Shown piece by piece: positions 31,492 through 38,749 of a stretch of DNA of 38,749 nucleotides (the stretch's first letter is position 1; every line of letters begins with the position of its first letter). This stretch comes from an uncultured Fidelibacterota bacterium (GTDB lineage: Bacteria; Fidelibacterota; Marinisomatia; Marinisomatales; Marinisomataceae), in assembly GCA_913045065.1 (NCBI GenBank), contig CAJWPX010000002.1, positions 1-38,749 of the forward strand. The letters run 5' to 3'. The notes beneath the pieces were generated by a model that was not told the origin of the DNA, made no database searches, and worked only from the letters and a program-made list of their open reading frames with translations. A program made the translations under genes and the position numbers.

Positions 31492-32659
31492 CTCTTAACC
31501 ATTCTTTTGGATTCAACGTTTGATTGTTCCCCCAGATTTCGAAATGAACAACTTGACTTTCTTTAGAAATAAATCCAATCTTTTGTCCTTCTTTCACTAA
31601 CATATTTTTGGTAACCAATAAATTATCTAAATGAGTAAATACTGTAAAATATCCATCATCATGATCTACAATAACTGTTGTTCCATAGCCTGCAATAAAT
31701 GTAATAGTTGTCACAAGACCATCAAATATTGATCTAACAGATGCAGTTGGATTTGCTGCAATATCAACTCCTGGATTATGAAGAGTTGTATTTAATTTTG
31801 AATTCCATTGTGGTCCAAAACCTTTAACTATTTTACCATCCACAGGCCAAATCAATTTACCTTTAAATTCTTTAATATTTGATTTTATCTTTTTAAGCTG
31901 ATCTAATTGTTCTATATCATATTGTTTTTTCTGTTCTAAAATTGTTTTTCTGAGCTGTTCTAACGCATTGATCTGAGTATTTTGTTTAGTAATTTCTGTT
32001 TGAATTGACTGTTTTTCTTTTTGCAATTTGATTAGAAGTTCTTCTTGATATTTTTTCTTTTTATCTAATGAATTCAGTTCATTTTCTTTTGATTTTTTAT
32101 CACCATTAACGTTATTTAATAATTGTTTTATTTCAATTTTCTTTTTTTCATTGTAAAACTGAGTTGTCTTGAGTTTATCTAACATTTCCTGATTGATATT
32201 TGATAAAATATTATAATATTTAATACGATATACTGCTTGACTCAAACTATTAGCAGTAAATATAGAGCTATTCATCTTAGTATTTTTCTTCTTATAAATA
32301 TTGATTGATCTTTCTTTATAATTATCCTTAATAGTCACGATCTCTTTGTTATTCTTATCAACAGCATTTTGAAGGTTAGTCAACTGCAAACTATAAAGAT
32401 TAAGTTTTTTATCGTATGCAGTAATTAAGTTTCTTGAATCTTTTATGTTTTTTCTTGTGATTGATAATAGTTGGCCTGTTGTTTTTTCTTGGGATGTTAC
32501 TTTTTGGATTTCTTCATTATTTTTTTTGATTGATGCCTGTAATAATTGAATTTGTTTTTCTGTATGTTCTATTTCTTCTTCAAAATTTCTTTCTTGTGCA
32601 AATAAGAATCCAATTGAAAAAAGGAAGAAAACTAATAGAATTAATTTGTGTTTATTCAT
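31478..32659 (-). CDS. EnvC-like coiled-coil protein with C-terminal LytM (M23) domain
   Basis: 393 aa. Signal/anchor helix, about 240 aa of Lys/Gln/Glu-rich coiled coil, then an M23 fold (aa 270-388 or so). Two of the five canonical M23 metal/catalytic positions are substituted (see findings). Confidence 0.8.
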   Translation of the reverse strand: MNKHKLILLVFFLFSIGFLFAQERNFEEEIEHTEKQIQLLQASIKKNNEEIQKVTSQEKTTGQLLSITRKNIKDSRNLITAYDKKLNLYSLQLTNLQNAVDKNNKEIVTIKDNYKERSINIYKKKNTKMNSSIFTANSLSQAVYRIKYYNILSNINQEMLDKLKTTQFYNEKKKIEIKQLLNNVNGDKKSKENELNSLDKKKKYQEELLIKLQKEKQSIQTEITKQNTQINALEQLRKTILEQKKQYDIEQLDQLKKIKSNIKEFKGKLIWPVDGKIVKGFGPQWNSKLNTTLHNPGVDIAANPTASVRSIFDGLVTTITFIAGYGTTVIVDHDDGYFTVFTHLDNLLVTKNMLVKEGQKIGFISKESQVVHFEIWGNNQTLNPKEWLRDGYR

Positions 32660-32689
32660 TTAAAGAAAATTAAAGCCTAAATTATAAAA

Positions 32690-33271
32690 ATGCTTAGAAA
32701 CTTAATAACAATATTACTAGTAAGTATTATCTGTTCTCATTCAAAAATATATTCACAAGATCAAAAAATTTTATTAATTGGAAATTGTGAAACAAGTTCA
32801 GGTGAAATTATGCTAGAATATTTACAAAATAATACTCAAATCAATTTATCAGTAGAAACCAATATTGCAATCAGTGAAGATAATATTGCATCGTACCCTA
32901 TCATATTTATCTGTAATAACCAATATTTACAGTTAAGTAATCAACAAATCAATAGCGTGAGAAAACACTTACAAAGAGGTGGGTTTCTCATTATTGATAA
33001 TATTACTTCGGATTATACTTACTCACTTTTTCTTAGAAAATTGTTACCTGAATTTGAAACAAATAATATTCAACCAAATTTGGTTTTTAACAATTTGATT
33101 TTTGATTTAACATTTGATGAAACACCTTTTATTGCTGAAGGTATTTTCATAAATGATAAAATTGTTTTATTTGGGATAAAGAAATTTAGTCTTTTAAATG
33201 CATGGTTAGAAAAGGATGAGAAATTTCTACAGTTAGGTGCTAATATTATTTTTTATTATTTAACTAGATAA
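32690..33271 (+). CDS. Secreted DUF4159-like protein (function unknown)
   Basis: 193 aa. Signal peptide MLRNLITILLVSIICSHS. The segment NSVRKHLQRGGFLIIDN resembles the DUF4159 core as I remember it. Low sequence complexity, so assignment is tentative. Confidence 0.45.
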   Translation: MLRNLITILLVSIICSHSKIYSQDQKILLIGNCETSSGEIMLEYLQNNTQINLSVETNIAISEDNIASYPIIFICNNQYLQLSNQQINSVRKHLQRGGFLIIDNITSDYTYSLFLRKLLPEFETNNIQPNLVFNNLIFDLTFDETPFIAEGIFINDKIVLFGIKKFSLLNAWLEKDEKFLQLGANIIFYYLTR

Positions 33272-33694
33272 TTATATTCTTTCTTTCTCAGCTAAATATA
33301 CCCTTTTTCTTAATTCACTTGTAGAAAATCCATGGTCTCTTGAGTTGAAAACACACTTAATAGGTAAATCATGTCCTGTAAATTCTGTCCCTTCATGATC
33401 TGCACCAAGAATTCTTACATCTGGTTTTATCTCTTTTAATAAATCTACTACATCACTTTCTCTGTCATATAATCTTATTTCATCAACATATTTTAAAGAT
33501 TCTACAACACCAGCTCTCTCCTCATGAGATTGAATTGGTTTATTTTTTTCAGAACGATCAAGAGATGGGTCAGATTGAACTCCAACAATAAGATAATCAC
33601 AGTGTTCCTTACACTCTTTAAACATCAAAATATGTCCATAATGGCATAAATCAAATGATCCAAAAGTAATACCCACAATTTTATTATTCTTCAT
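33272..33694 (-). CDS. Small cytidylyltransferase-family nucleotidyltransferase (TagD/RfaE domain II-like)
   Basis: From Met 33694 the sequence is MKNNKIVGITFGSFDLCHYGH (the HxGH motif), then ERAGVVESLKYVDEI and a C-terminal GFSTSELRKRV (ISTT-like). The track start at 33745 would overlap mazG by 62 nt. Confidence 0.75.
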   Translation of the reverse strand: MKNNKIVGITFGSFDLCHYGHILMFKECKEHCDYLIVGVQSDPSLDRSEKNKPIQSHEERAGVVESLKYVDEIRLYDRESDVVDLLKEIKPDVRILGADHEGTEFTGHDLPIKCVFNSRDHGFSTSELRKRVYLAEKERI

Positions 33695-34463
33695 CTTTAA
33701 CCTTTTCCCAATAAGTATCCAATTCTGATAGGGATAATTTATCAATTTCTTTTTTATCTTTTGTTATGAATTTTTCCATTGTTGTAAATCGTTTATAAAA
33801 TTTTTTATTTGCCTTCTGCATCGCAACCTCTGCTGATACATTAAGAAATCTAGATAAATTCACAACTCCAATTAAAATATCACCAAGTTCTTCTTCAATA
33901 TTTTTTTGGTTATTATCTTTTATTCCTAATTTTAATTCTTCTAGTTCTTCATAAATTTTATTAATTACATCTTGATAATTCTCCCATTCAAAACCAACAG
34001 AAGCTGCTTTATCTTGTAATCGTTCAGAGGCCATTAAGGATGGTAAGCTTTTAGGAATTCCATCAAGAATCGAATTTCTATTTTTTTCATTTTTCTTATT
34101 TAATTCCCAATTTTTCTTAATAGACTTAACATCTTTACTGAGTAAATCTTTATCAAAAACATGTGGGTGACGCTTGATTAATTTTTTATTGATTGAAACA
34201 ATAACATTATTAATAGAAAATTCATCTTTTTCTTCCGCTAACACTGCTTGAAAGACAACATGAAGTAATAAGTCACCAAGTTCTTCTTTTAAGCTTGATG
34301 AACTATTATCCATAATTGATTCAGCCACTTCATATGCTTCTTCTAAGAGATATGGAATTAACGTTTCAGAAGTTTGTTGTTTATCCCACTCACACCCATC
34401 AGGAGATCGTAATTTTTTTACAATTGTAACTAATTCACCTAATTTTTTATCTATTTCGGTCAT
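33684..34463 (-). CDS. mazG: Nucleoside triphosphate pyrophosphohydrolase MazG (tandem MazG domains)
   Basis: 259 aa. PDGCEWDKQQT and two EExxE/D-type repeats (LLEEAYEV...EELGDLL and ELEELK...EELGDIL). Confidence 0.88.
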   Translation of the reverse strand: MTEIDKKLGELVTIVKKLRSPDGCEWDKQQTSETLIPYLLEEAYEVAESIMDNSSSSLKEELGDLLLHVVFQAVLAEEKDEFSINNVIVSINKKLIKRHPHVFDKDLLSKDVKSIKKNWELNKKNEKNRNSILDGIPKSLPSLMASERLQDKAASVGFEWENYQDVINKIYEELEELKLGIKDNNQKNIEEELGDILIGVVNLSRFLNVSAEVAMQKANKKFYKRFTTMEKFITKDKKEIDKLSLSELDTYWEKVKDEE

Positions 34464-34891
34464 AAGATATCAATATTAGCAAACTCAGAAACAAGTTTTT
34501 CTTGTTGTTTAAACATTATTTTCTTTGATTTTTTATCGCTATCATTATAACCAAATAAATGTAGTAAGGCATGTATAATTAATCTGATTATTTCATTATT
34601 CAGTGTAACACTATTCTGTCTACTATTCTCTTTGGCTCTATCAACACTAATATATATCTCTGCTTCTAATTCTGCATCGTTCTTAAAAGGAAAAGCTAAA
34701 ACATCTGTTAAAACATCTTCATTAAAATATTTTATTTTTAATTTGTTCAATTTTATATCGTCACAGAAAATAAATGTGAGGGTTACATGTTCATAATTTT
34801 GAGTAGTTAAAATTTCTGAACATAAATGTTCAATAGATTTCGATTGATATGAAAAATCTTGATGTAAATTATTAATCTTAAGACTTATCAT
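34460..34891 (-). CDS. ybeY: rRNA maturation endoribonuclease YbeY
   Basis: 143 aa. Metal motif HALLHLFGYND. The third canonical His is replaced by Asp (see findings). Confidence 0.85.
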   Translation of the reverse strand: MISLKINNLHQDFSYQSKSIEHLCSEILTTQNYEHVTLTFIFCDDIKLNKLKIKYFNEDVLTDVLAFPFKNDAELEAEIYISVDRAKENSRQNSVTLNNEIIRLIIHALLHLFGYNDSDKKSKKIMFKQQEKLVSEFANIDIL

Positions 34892-37181
34892 CTTCTTTTT
34901 TAGGAGGATACTCCGGTCGAGAATGATATAATCCCGATAATACAGGTATTAATCCATCTTTGCCATCAACAGTGCCCTTAATCTTTCTTAAATCATCTAA
35001 TGTTAATGGACAATTATCCAATTGACCATCCTGTAATAAATTTTTGATGGATTGATCAATCATTGTATCAAATTTTTCAACCGTTGGAGTAGTAATTGAA
35101 TTTGCTTGTGCTTCGATTGCTTCAGCAATCATTACAATGGCCGTTTCTTTTGTGGTAGGTTTTGGTCCAGAATATCTGAATCTAGATTCATCCACATCAT
35201 TATGATCTGAAGCTTGGTTTAATGCTTTTTGATAAAAATATTCTATTCGTTTTGTACCATGATGTGTTGCAATAAAATCTTTTACAATCGCAGGTAATCC
35301 ATACTCGTCTGCAAGAATTAAACCATCACTAACATGCTGTTTCAGTATTTTTGCACTCATATTAGGAGTAATAGAATCATGTTTGTTTTCCCCTTGTTGA
35401 TTTTCAGCATAATAGTCTGGTTTCTTTAATTTACCAATATCATGATAATATGCTCCGACACGACATAATAAAGCTCGAGCTCCCACTGCATTGGCTGATG
35501 ATTCAGACAATGTGCCAACCTTGATACTATGTGTATGTGTTCCTGGTGCTTCTTCAATCAATTTTTTCTGCAATGGTTGATCATAATCAAGCAATTCAAT
35601 TAAACTATAATCAGTTGTAATCCCAAATGTAGATTCAAATAAAGGGACAAGACCAAACGATAAAATTGGAGAAAGAAAACTCGTTAATGCAAAAAATCCA
35701 ATTTCAGAATAATTATAATCAAGAAAATCAATTCCCTTAAATAGCATCAGAGAAAAGAATACAAACAAAGTAGAAAATACCAATAAAAACATGGTGGTAA
35801 TAATTTGTCGACGTTTTCTTAGCCTTCTTACACTATAGATAGCTATAAAAACAATAAAAAATTGCATTATAGTAAAATCAAGATTATTTCCGATCAACAG
35901 AGAGACTAATAAAATTAAAATGATGGAAACCAACATTGATACTGATGCATCTAGCAATACTGTTAGGAGCATTGATGCAATTACAATTGGTATAAAATAA
36001 GCACTTGCTTGATAATTCATTACCGTCCAACCAGCTAACATAATCACATACATTATAATACTGATTAAAAATAACATTTTATGCTCTTGGAAATACGATC
36101 TACGATAGATATACAAAAAAGAAAAAAGTAAGAACAATAGTATTGAAACAATAAAATATGCCCCTAGATATTCTCTTAATTTATCGGTTACTTTTTCATA
36201 TCCTAATTGGCGATCATATTCAAACTGCAAAGATTTTAATTTTAAGAGCACTGAGTCTGTAATACGATTGTTAGCATCAACAATTAATTCATTCGCAAGA
36301 ATTGTCCCCTGAAATCGAGATACTCTATCTAACTTATCTTTCTGATTTTTTTCAGTTAATTCTTTATCAAAAACAATATTAGGTTTCATAAATTCATTAA
36401 TCAATTCATATCCAAGCGACGATTCAATACTCGTTTCATCTTGGTAGATTAAATTAATTTCTTCTTTATTTTTCTTCCAAGCTATTTCAATATCATTATA
36501 ATTTTTTACTGGACCTATTACCAGTTCTCCTCCTTGAATAATACTAATGTCATCACTAATAATATTAGATAGGGGTTCATCGAGTAACCCTTCAGCCCAA
36601 CGATTCAAACAAATTTGTTTTATATTAGTCTTAAAAGAATCGAGATTTGTTGGTTCATCAATCAACTCTTCAGATATCCCTAATAGTTGATTCCATTGCC
36701 CTTGATCGACTTGATATGAATAACGGTTTAAAAATTCATTATATAAAGCAGAATAGGTGGTGCTATCTGCAATAAAGTTATTTTGAAATGTTTCAAATTC
36801 GGGTTCATAACGATACTTATATAAAGAATCTTGGGATGTAACATACTGGTAATACGAAGTTTGAACATCGTTTAAATAAATAAAAAATGTATCAAGTGTA
36901 GCCAGTTGGTTATCAACAGTTTCTTGATCTCGTTTAAAACTATATGAAACTGATTTTTTTGCCTCTTCTAAATCACTATTCAGTTTTTGTTCTGTCTTTA
37001 AAATCCCAAAGTCAAACGGAGCAATAATAGGTTCACGGGCAATATCATCCAATTGATAGGAATATCTAATTGAAAATCCTGTTGGAAATATTACAGAAAT
37101 CAATACTGATAGTACGAAGAATATCAAAACTGGGAATTGATTCTCCTGAAAGAATTTTTTTAATTGATCAAACTGTGTCAT
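34878..37181 (-). CDS. 7TM-receptor HD phosphohydrolase (PgpH/YqfF family)
   Basis: N-terminal TM helix, an extracellular domain of about 330 aa, seven hydrophobic helices and a cytoplasmic HD domain (HSIKVG...YYHDIGK...HHG). Upstream of ybeY, as is typical. Start chosen at Met 37181 (MTQFDQLKKFF). The track start at 37229 would overlap fabH by 44 nt. Confidence 0.82.
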   Translation of the reverse strand: MTQFDQLKKFFQENQFPVLIFFVLSVLISVIFPTGFSIRYSYQLDDIAREPIIAPFDFGILKTEQKLNSDLEEAKKSVSYSFKRDQETVDNQLATLDTFFIYLNDVQTSYYQYVTSQDSLYKYRYEPEFETFQNNFIADSTTYSALYNEFLNRYSYQVDQGQWNQLLGISEELIDEPTNLDSFKTNIKQICLNRWAEGLLDEPLSNIISDDISIIQGGELVIGPVKNYNDIEIAWKKNKEEINLIYQDETSIESSLGYELINEFMKPNIVFDKELTEKNQKDKLDRVSRFQGTILANELIVDANNRITDSVLLKLKSLQFEYDRQLGYEKVTDKLREYLGAYFIVSILLFLLFSFLYIYRRSYFQEHKMLFLISIIMYVIMLAGWTVMNYQASAYFIPIVIASMLLTVLLDASVSMLVSIILILLVSLLIGNNLDFTIMQFFIVFIAIYSVRRLRKRRQIITTMFLLVFSTLFVFFSLMLFKGIDFLDYNYSEIGFFALTSFLSPILSFGLVPLFESTFGITTDYSLIELLDYDQPLQKKLIEEAPGTHTHSIKVGTLSESSANAVGARALLCRVGAYYHDIGKLKKPDYYAENQQGENKHDSITPNMSAKILKQHVSDGLILADEYGLPAIVKDFIATHHGTKRIEYFYQKALNQASDHNDVDESRFRYSGPKPTTKETAIVMIAEAIEAQANSITTPTVEKFDTMIDQSIKNLLQDGQLDNCPLTLDDLRKIKGTVDGKDGLIPVLSGLYHSRPEYPPKKEDDKS

Positions 37182-37185
37182 ATAA

Positions 37186-38184
37186 TTACCAACGGATGGC
37201 CGCTGATGCCCATGTATAACCAGCACCAAATGCAGTTAAGATAATAATATCTCCTTTGGTAAATTTGCCTTCTTCTAATGCTTCACACATTGCTATTGGG
37301 ATTGTAGCTGCTGTGGTATTACCATACTTGTGAATATTAACATACATCTTATCCATAGACATACCCATGCGTTTAGCAGATGTTTGTAAGATACGATAAT
37401 TTGCTTGGTGGGCAATTACCAAACTAACATCCTCTAACGATAAATTATTATGTTCCAGTGCAAAATTGATTGCTTCTGGCATACGTACTACAGCATTTTT
37501 AAAAACTTCTCTTCCATTTTGAACAGGAAGATGATGTCCTTGTGCTATGACTTCTGCATCAATACGGTTCGGATAAAACATAGAGCCTGGTGCCTTTGCA
37601 TGCAACATTTCTACCCCTTTACCATTTGCATAAGTATGTGTAGATAAAATACAGCTTTCATCATCTGTTGGTTGCAATACAACTGCGCCTGCGCCATCAC
37701 CAAATAAAACCCCAGTTGCTCTCCCTGCTGGAGTCTTATCAAGTAGACATGACATCACATCCGATCCCACCAATAAAATGTTCTTATATTTTCCAGTCTG
37801 GATAAATTGACTGCCAATTTCTAATAGGTATATAAATGCAGAACATGCTGCACTAATATCAAAAGCACTAATATTGGTTGTAACACCTAGTTTTTGTTGA
37901 ATAATTGGTGCCATGCCTGGGAAATTATAATCAGAGCTTACTGTCCCAACAATAATAGCATCCAAATCGTCTGGTTTGATTCCCGCATTTTCAATCGCTT
38001 CTTTACACGCTGGAAGTGCCATATCAGAATTAGGCATCCCATCCTCGACCCATCGTCTTTCTTTAATACCACTTCTAGTTTGAATCCACTCATCAGTAGT
38101 ATCCATCATGTCTTCAAGATCATGATTCGTCACTACCCTATCTGGAACATTATATGCTATTCCTGCTATTTTTGCTTTATTCAT
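37186..38184 (-). CDS. fabH: 3-oxoacyl-ACP synthase III
   Basis: From Met 38184 the sequence is MNKAKIAGIAYNVPDRVVTNHDLE, a normal FabH N-terminus. Active-site Cys in SAACSAF, His in AHQANYRI and Asn in GNTTAATIP. The 34-codon extension in the track (to 38286) lies on top of rnpB. Confidence 0.92.
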   Translation of the reverse strand: MNKAKIAGIAYNVPDRVVTNHDLEDMMDTTDEWIQTRSGIKERRWVEDGMPNSDMALPACKEAIENAGIKPDDLDAIIVGTVSSDYNFPGMAPIIQQKLGVTTNISAFDISAACSAFIYLLEIGSQFIQTGKYKNILLVGSDVMSCLLDKTPAGRATGVLFGDGAGAVVLQPTDDESCILSTHTYANGKGVEMLHAKAPGSMFYPNRIDAEVIAQGHHLPVQNGREVFKNAVVRMPEAINFALEHNNLSLEDVSLVIAHQANYRILQTSAKRMGMSMDKMYVNIHKYGNTTAATIPIAMCEALEEGKFTKGDIIILTAFGAGYTWASAAIRW

Positions 38185-38200
38185 ATATAATAATACTTGT

Positions 38201-38540
38201 GAGCTGATCTGTAAGCCGGGTTTTGTACATCGTGATGATGCGATGATCATTCCTCTCGATCCTATATCGCTATAGAACTCTAGCAATCTACCCGTTCTTC
38301 AAATGATGCGAGTCACATCTCAGAACTACTTGATCTTGCACCTAGTGGGGTTTACAAGCTAACAATGTTACCACTGTTACTGGGGGTCTCTTACACCTCC
38401 GTTTCACCCTTACCAAAATGGCGGTCTATTCTCTGCTGCACTATCCATATCCTCACGGATCCCACCTGTTAGGTGGCACTATACTCTTTGGTGCCCGGAC
38501 TTTCCTCTCAAATAACTTTGAGCAATCACCCAATCAGCTC
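38201..38540 (-). ncRNA. rnpB: RNase P RNA, bacterial type A
   Basis: The minus strand reads GAGGAAAGUCCGGGC (38493-38507), AGGGUGAAACGGAGGUGUAAGAGACC (about 38385-38411), GUGCAGCAGAGAAUAGACCGCC, GUAAACCCCAC, CGGGUAGAUUGCUAGAG and ACAAAACCCGGCUUA (38212-38226). An 8-bp terminal P1 helix pairs GAGCUGAU (38540-38533) with AUCAGCUC (38208-38201). I counted 157 G+C in 340 nt (46%), against a flank of about 30%. Confidence 0.95.
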
Positions 38541-38585
38541 ATTTTGTGATAATAAGAGATACCAAACTAATTAAAAAGTAAAAAA

Positions 38586-38749
38586 TTAATTTTCAGATTC
38601 AAGCTTATACAGGAAGCGCCCACAATTACCGCAGAAAACCACCTGTTTTGCTAAGGTTTCATTGACAAGCTGTGCGGGAACAAATGCCCCACATGCTTCA
38701 CAATTATTATCGAGCACTGCAGCAACTGCGACCCCATTTCTTGCTTCAT
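38586..38749 (-). CDS. C-terminal fragment of a COG1579/DUF164-type zinc-ribbon protein (partial, runs off the right edge)
   Basis: The open frame reads EARNGVAVAAVLDNNCEACGAFVPAQLVNETLAKQVVFCGNCGRFLYKLESEN and stops at 38586-38588. CxxC...CxxCGR(F/I)LY is the typical C-terminus of this family. Too short to appear in the ORF track. Confidence 0.6.
   Translation of the reverse strand, partial: EARNGVAVAAVLDNNCEACGAFVPAQLVNETLAKQVVFCGNCGRFLYKLESEN

Noticed and set aside
37186-38286. Full-length 366-aa fabH ORF as given in the track
   Set aside because: The first 34 codons (38185-38286) lie on rnpB and have no FabH homology. The Met at 38184 gives the canonical FabH N-terminus (MNKAKIAGIAYNVP). 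The extension is an accidental open frame through a GC-richer RNA gene.
38474-38479. TGGCAC on the plus strand, resembling a sigma-54 -24 element
   Set aside because: The downstream spacing is wrong. The next GC falls 18 nt after the GG rather than 12, and there is no TTGC. The site lies inside rnpB with no plus-strand gene downstream. A similar GTGCCA at about 21606 inside recG also fails the spacing test.
38549-38554. TATTAT hexamer (minus strand) 8 nt upstream of the rnpB 5' end, as a possible -10 box
   Set aside because: The position is plausible, but the best -35 candidate 17 nt upstream (TTTTTA) matches TTGACA at only 3 of 6 positions. Such A/T hexamers occur by chance in DNA of about 30% GC. 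I did not list it as a feature.

Overview
This is an AT-rich 38.7-kb stretch (about 30% GC from spot counts of a few lines) that is almost entirely coding. I call 38 features, 35 of them on the minus strand. With my start-codon choices only about 306 nt (about 0.8%) falls outside a gene. Most neighbouring genes overlap by 1, 4, 8, 11 or 14 nt.

The content is overwhelmingly housekeeping:
- An LPS/Kdo block linked to sigma-54: gatC-kdsB-pyrG-kdsA-kdsC-lptC-lptB-rpoN-argF.
- A TolC / HlyD-type adaptor / split MacB-type ABC efflux system with two paralogous permeases.
- A CCA/poly(A) polymerase-family enzyme, recG, valS, a phosphohexomutase, rpsU, rsmA, tatD, metG and holB.
- An EnvC-like coiled-coil protein with a partly degenerate LytM domain.
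- mazG, ybeY, a PgpH-type 7TM-HD phosphohydrolase and fabH.
- A glycosylation pair: a DUF2723 GT-C-type membrane protein plus a GT2.
- Several secreted or uncharacterised proteins resembling DUF4835, DUF4139, DUF4159 and DUF1844.

Two features are missing from the ORF track. One is a type-A RNase P RNA (rnpB, minus strand, 38201-38540) hidden under a spurious N-terminal extension of the fabH ORF. The other is the 3' end of a COG1579-type zinc-ribbon gene at the right edge.

I found no CRISPR array, tRNA or rRNA gene, transposase or integrase, toxin-antitoxin pair or recognisable defence gene. The lack of Shine-Dalgarno motifs, the DUF4835/PorD-like and DUF2723 genes, a lipoprotein LptC and a GY-x-D YbeY motif suggest a streamlined member of the FCB superphylum. 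That placement is inference only.

I do not see convincing evidence for a new biological system here. The findings below are modest and scored accordingly.
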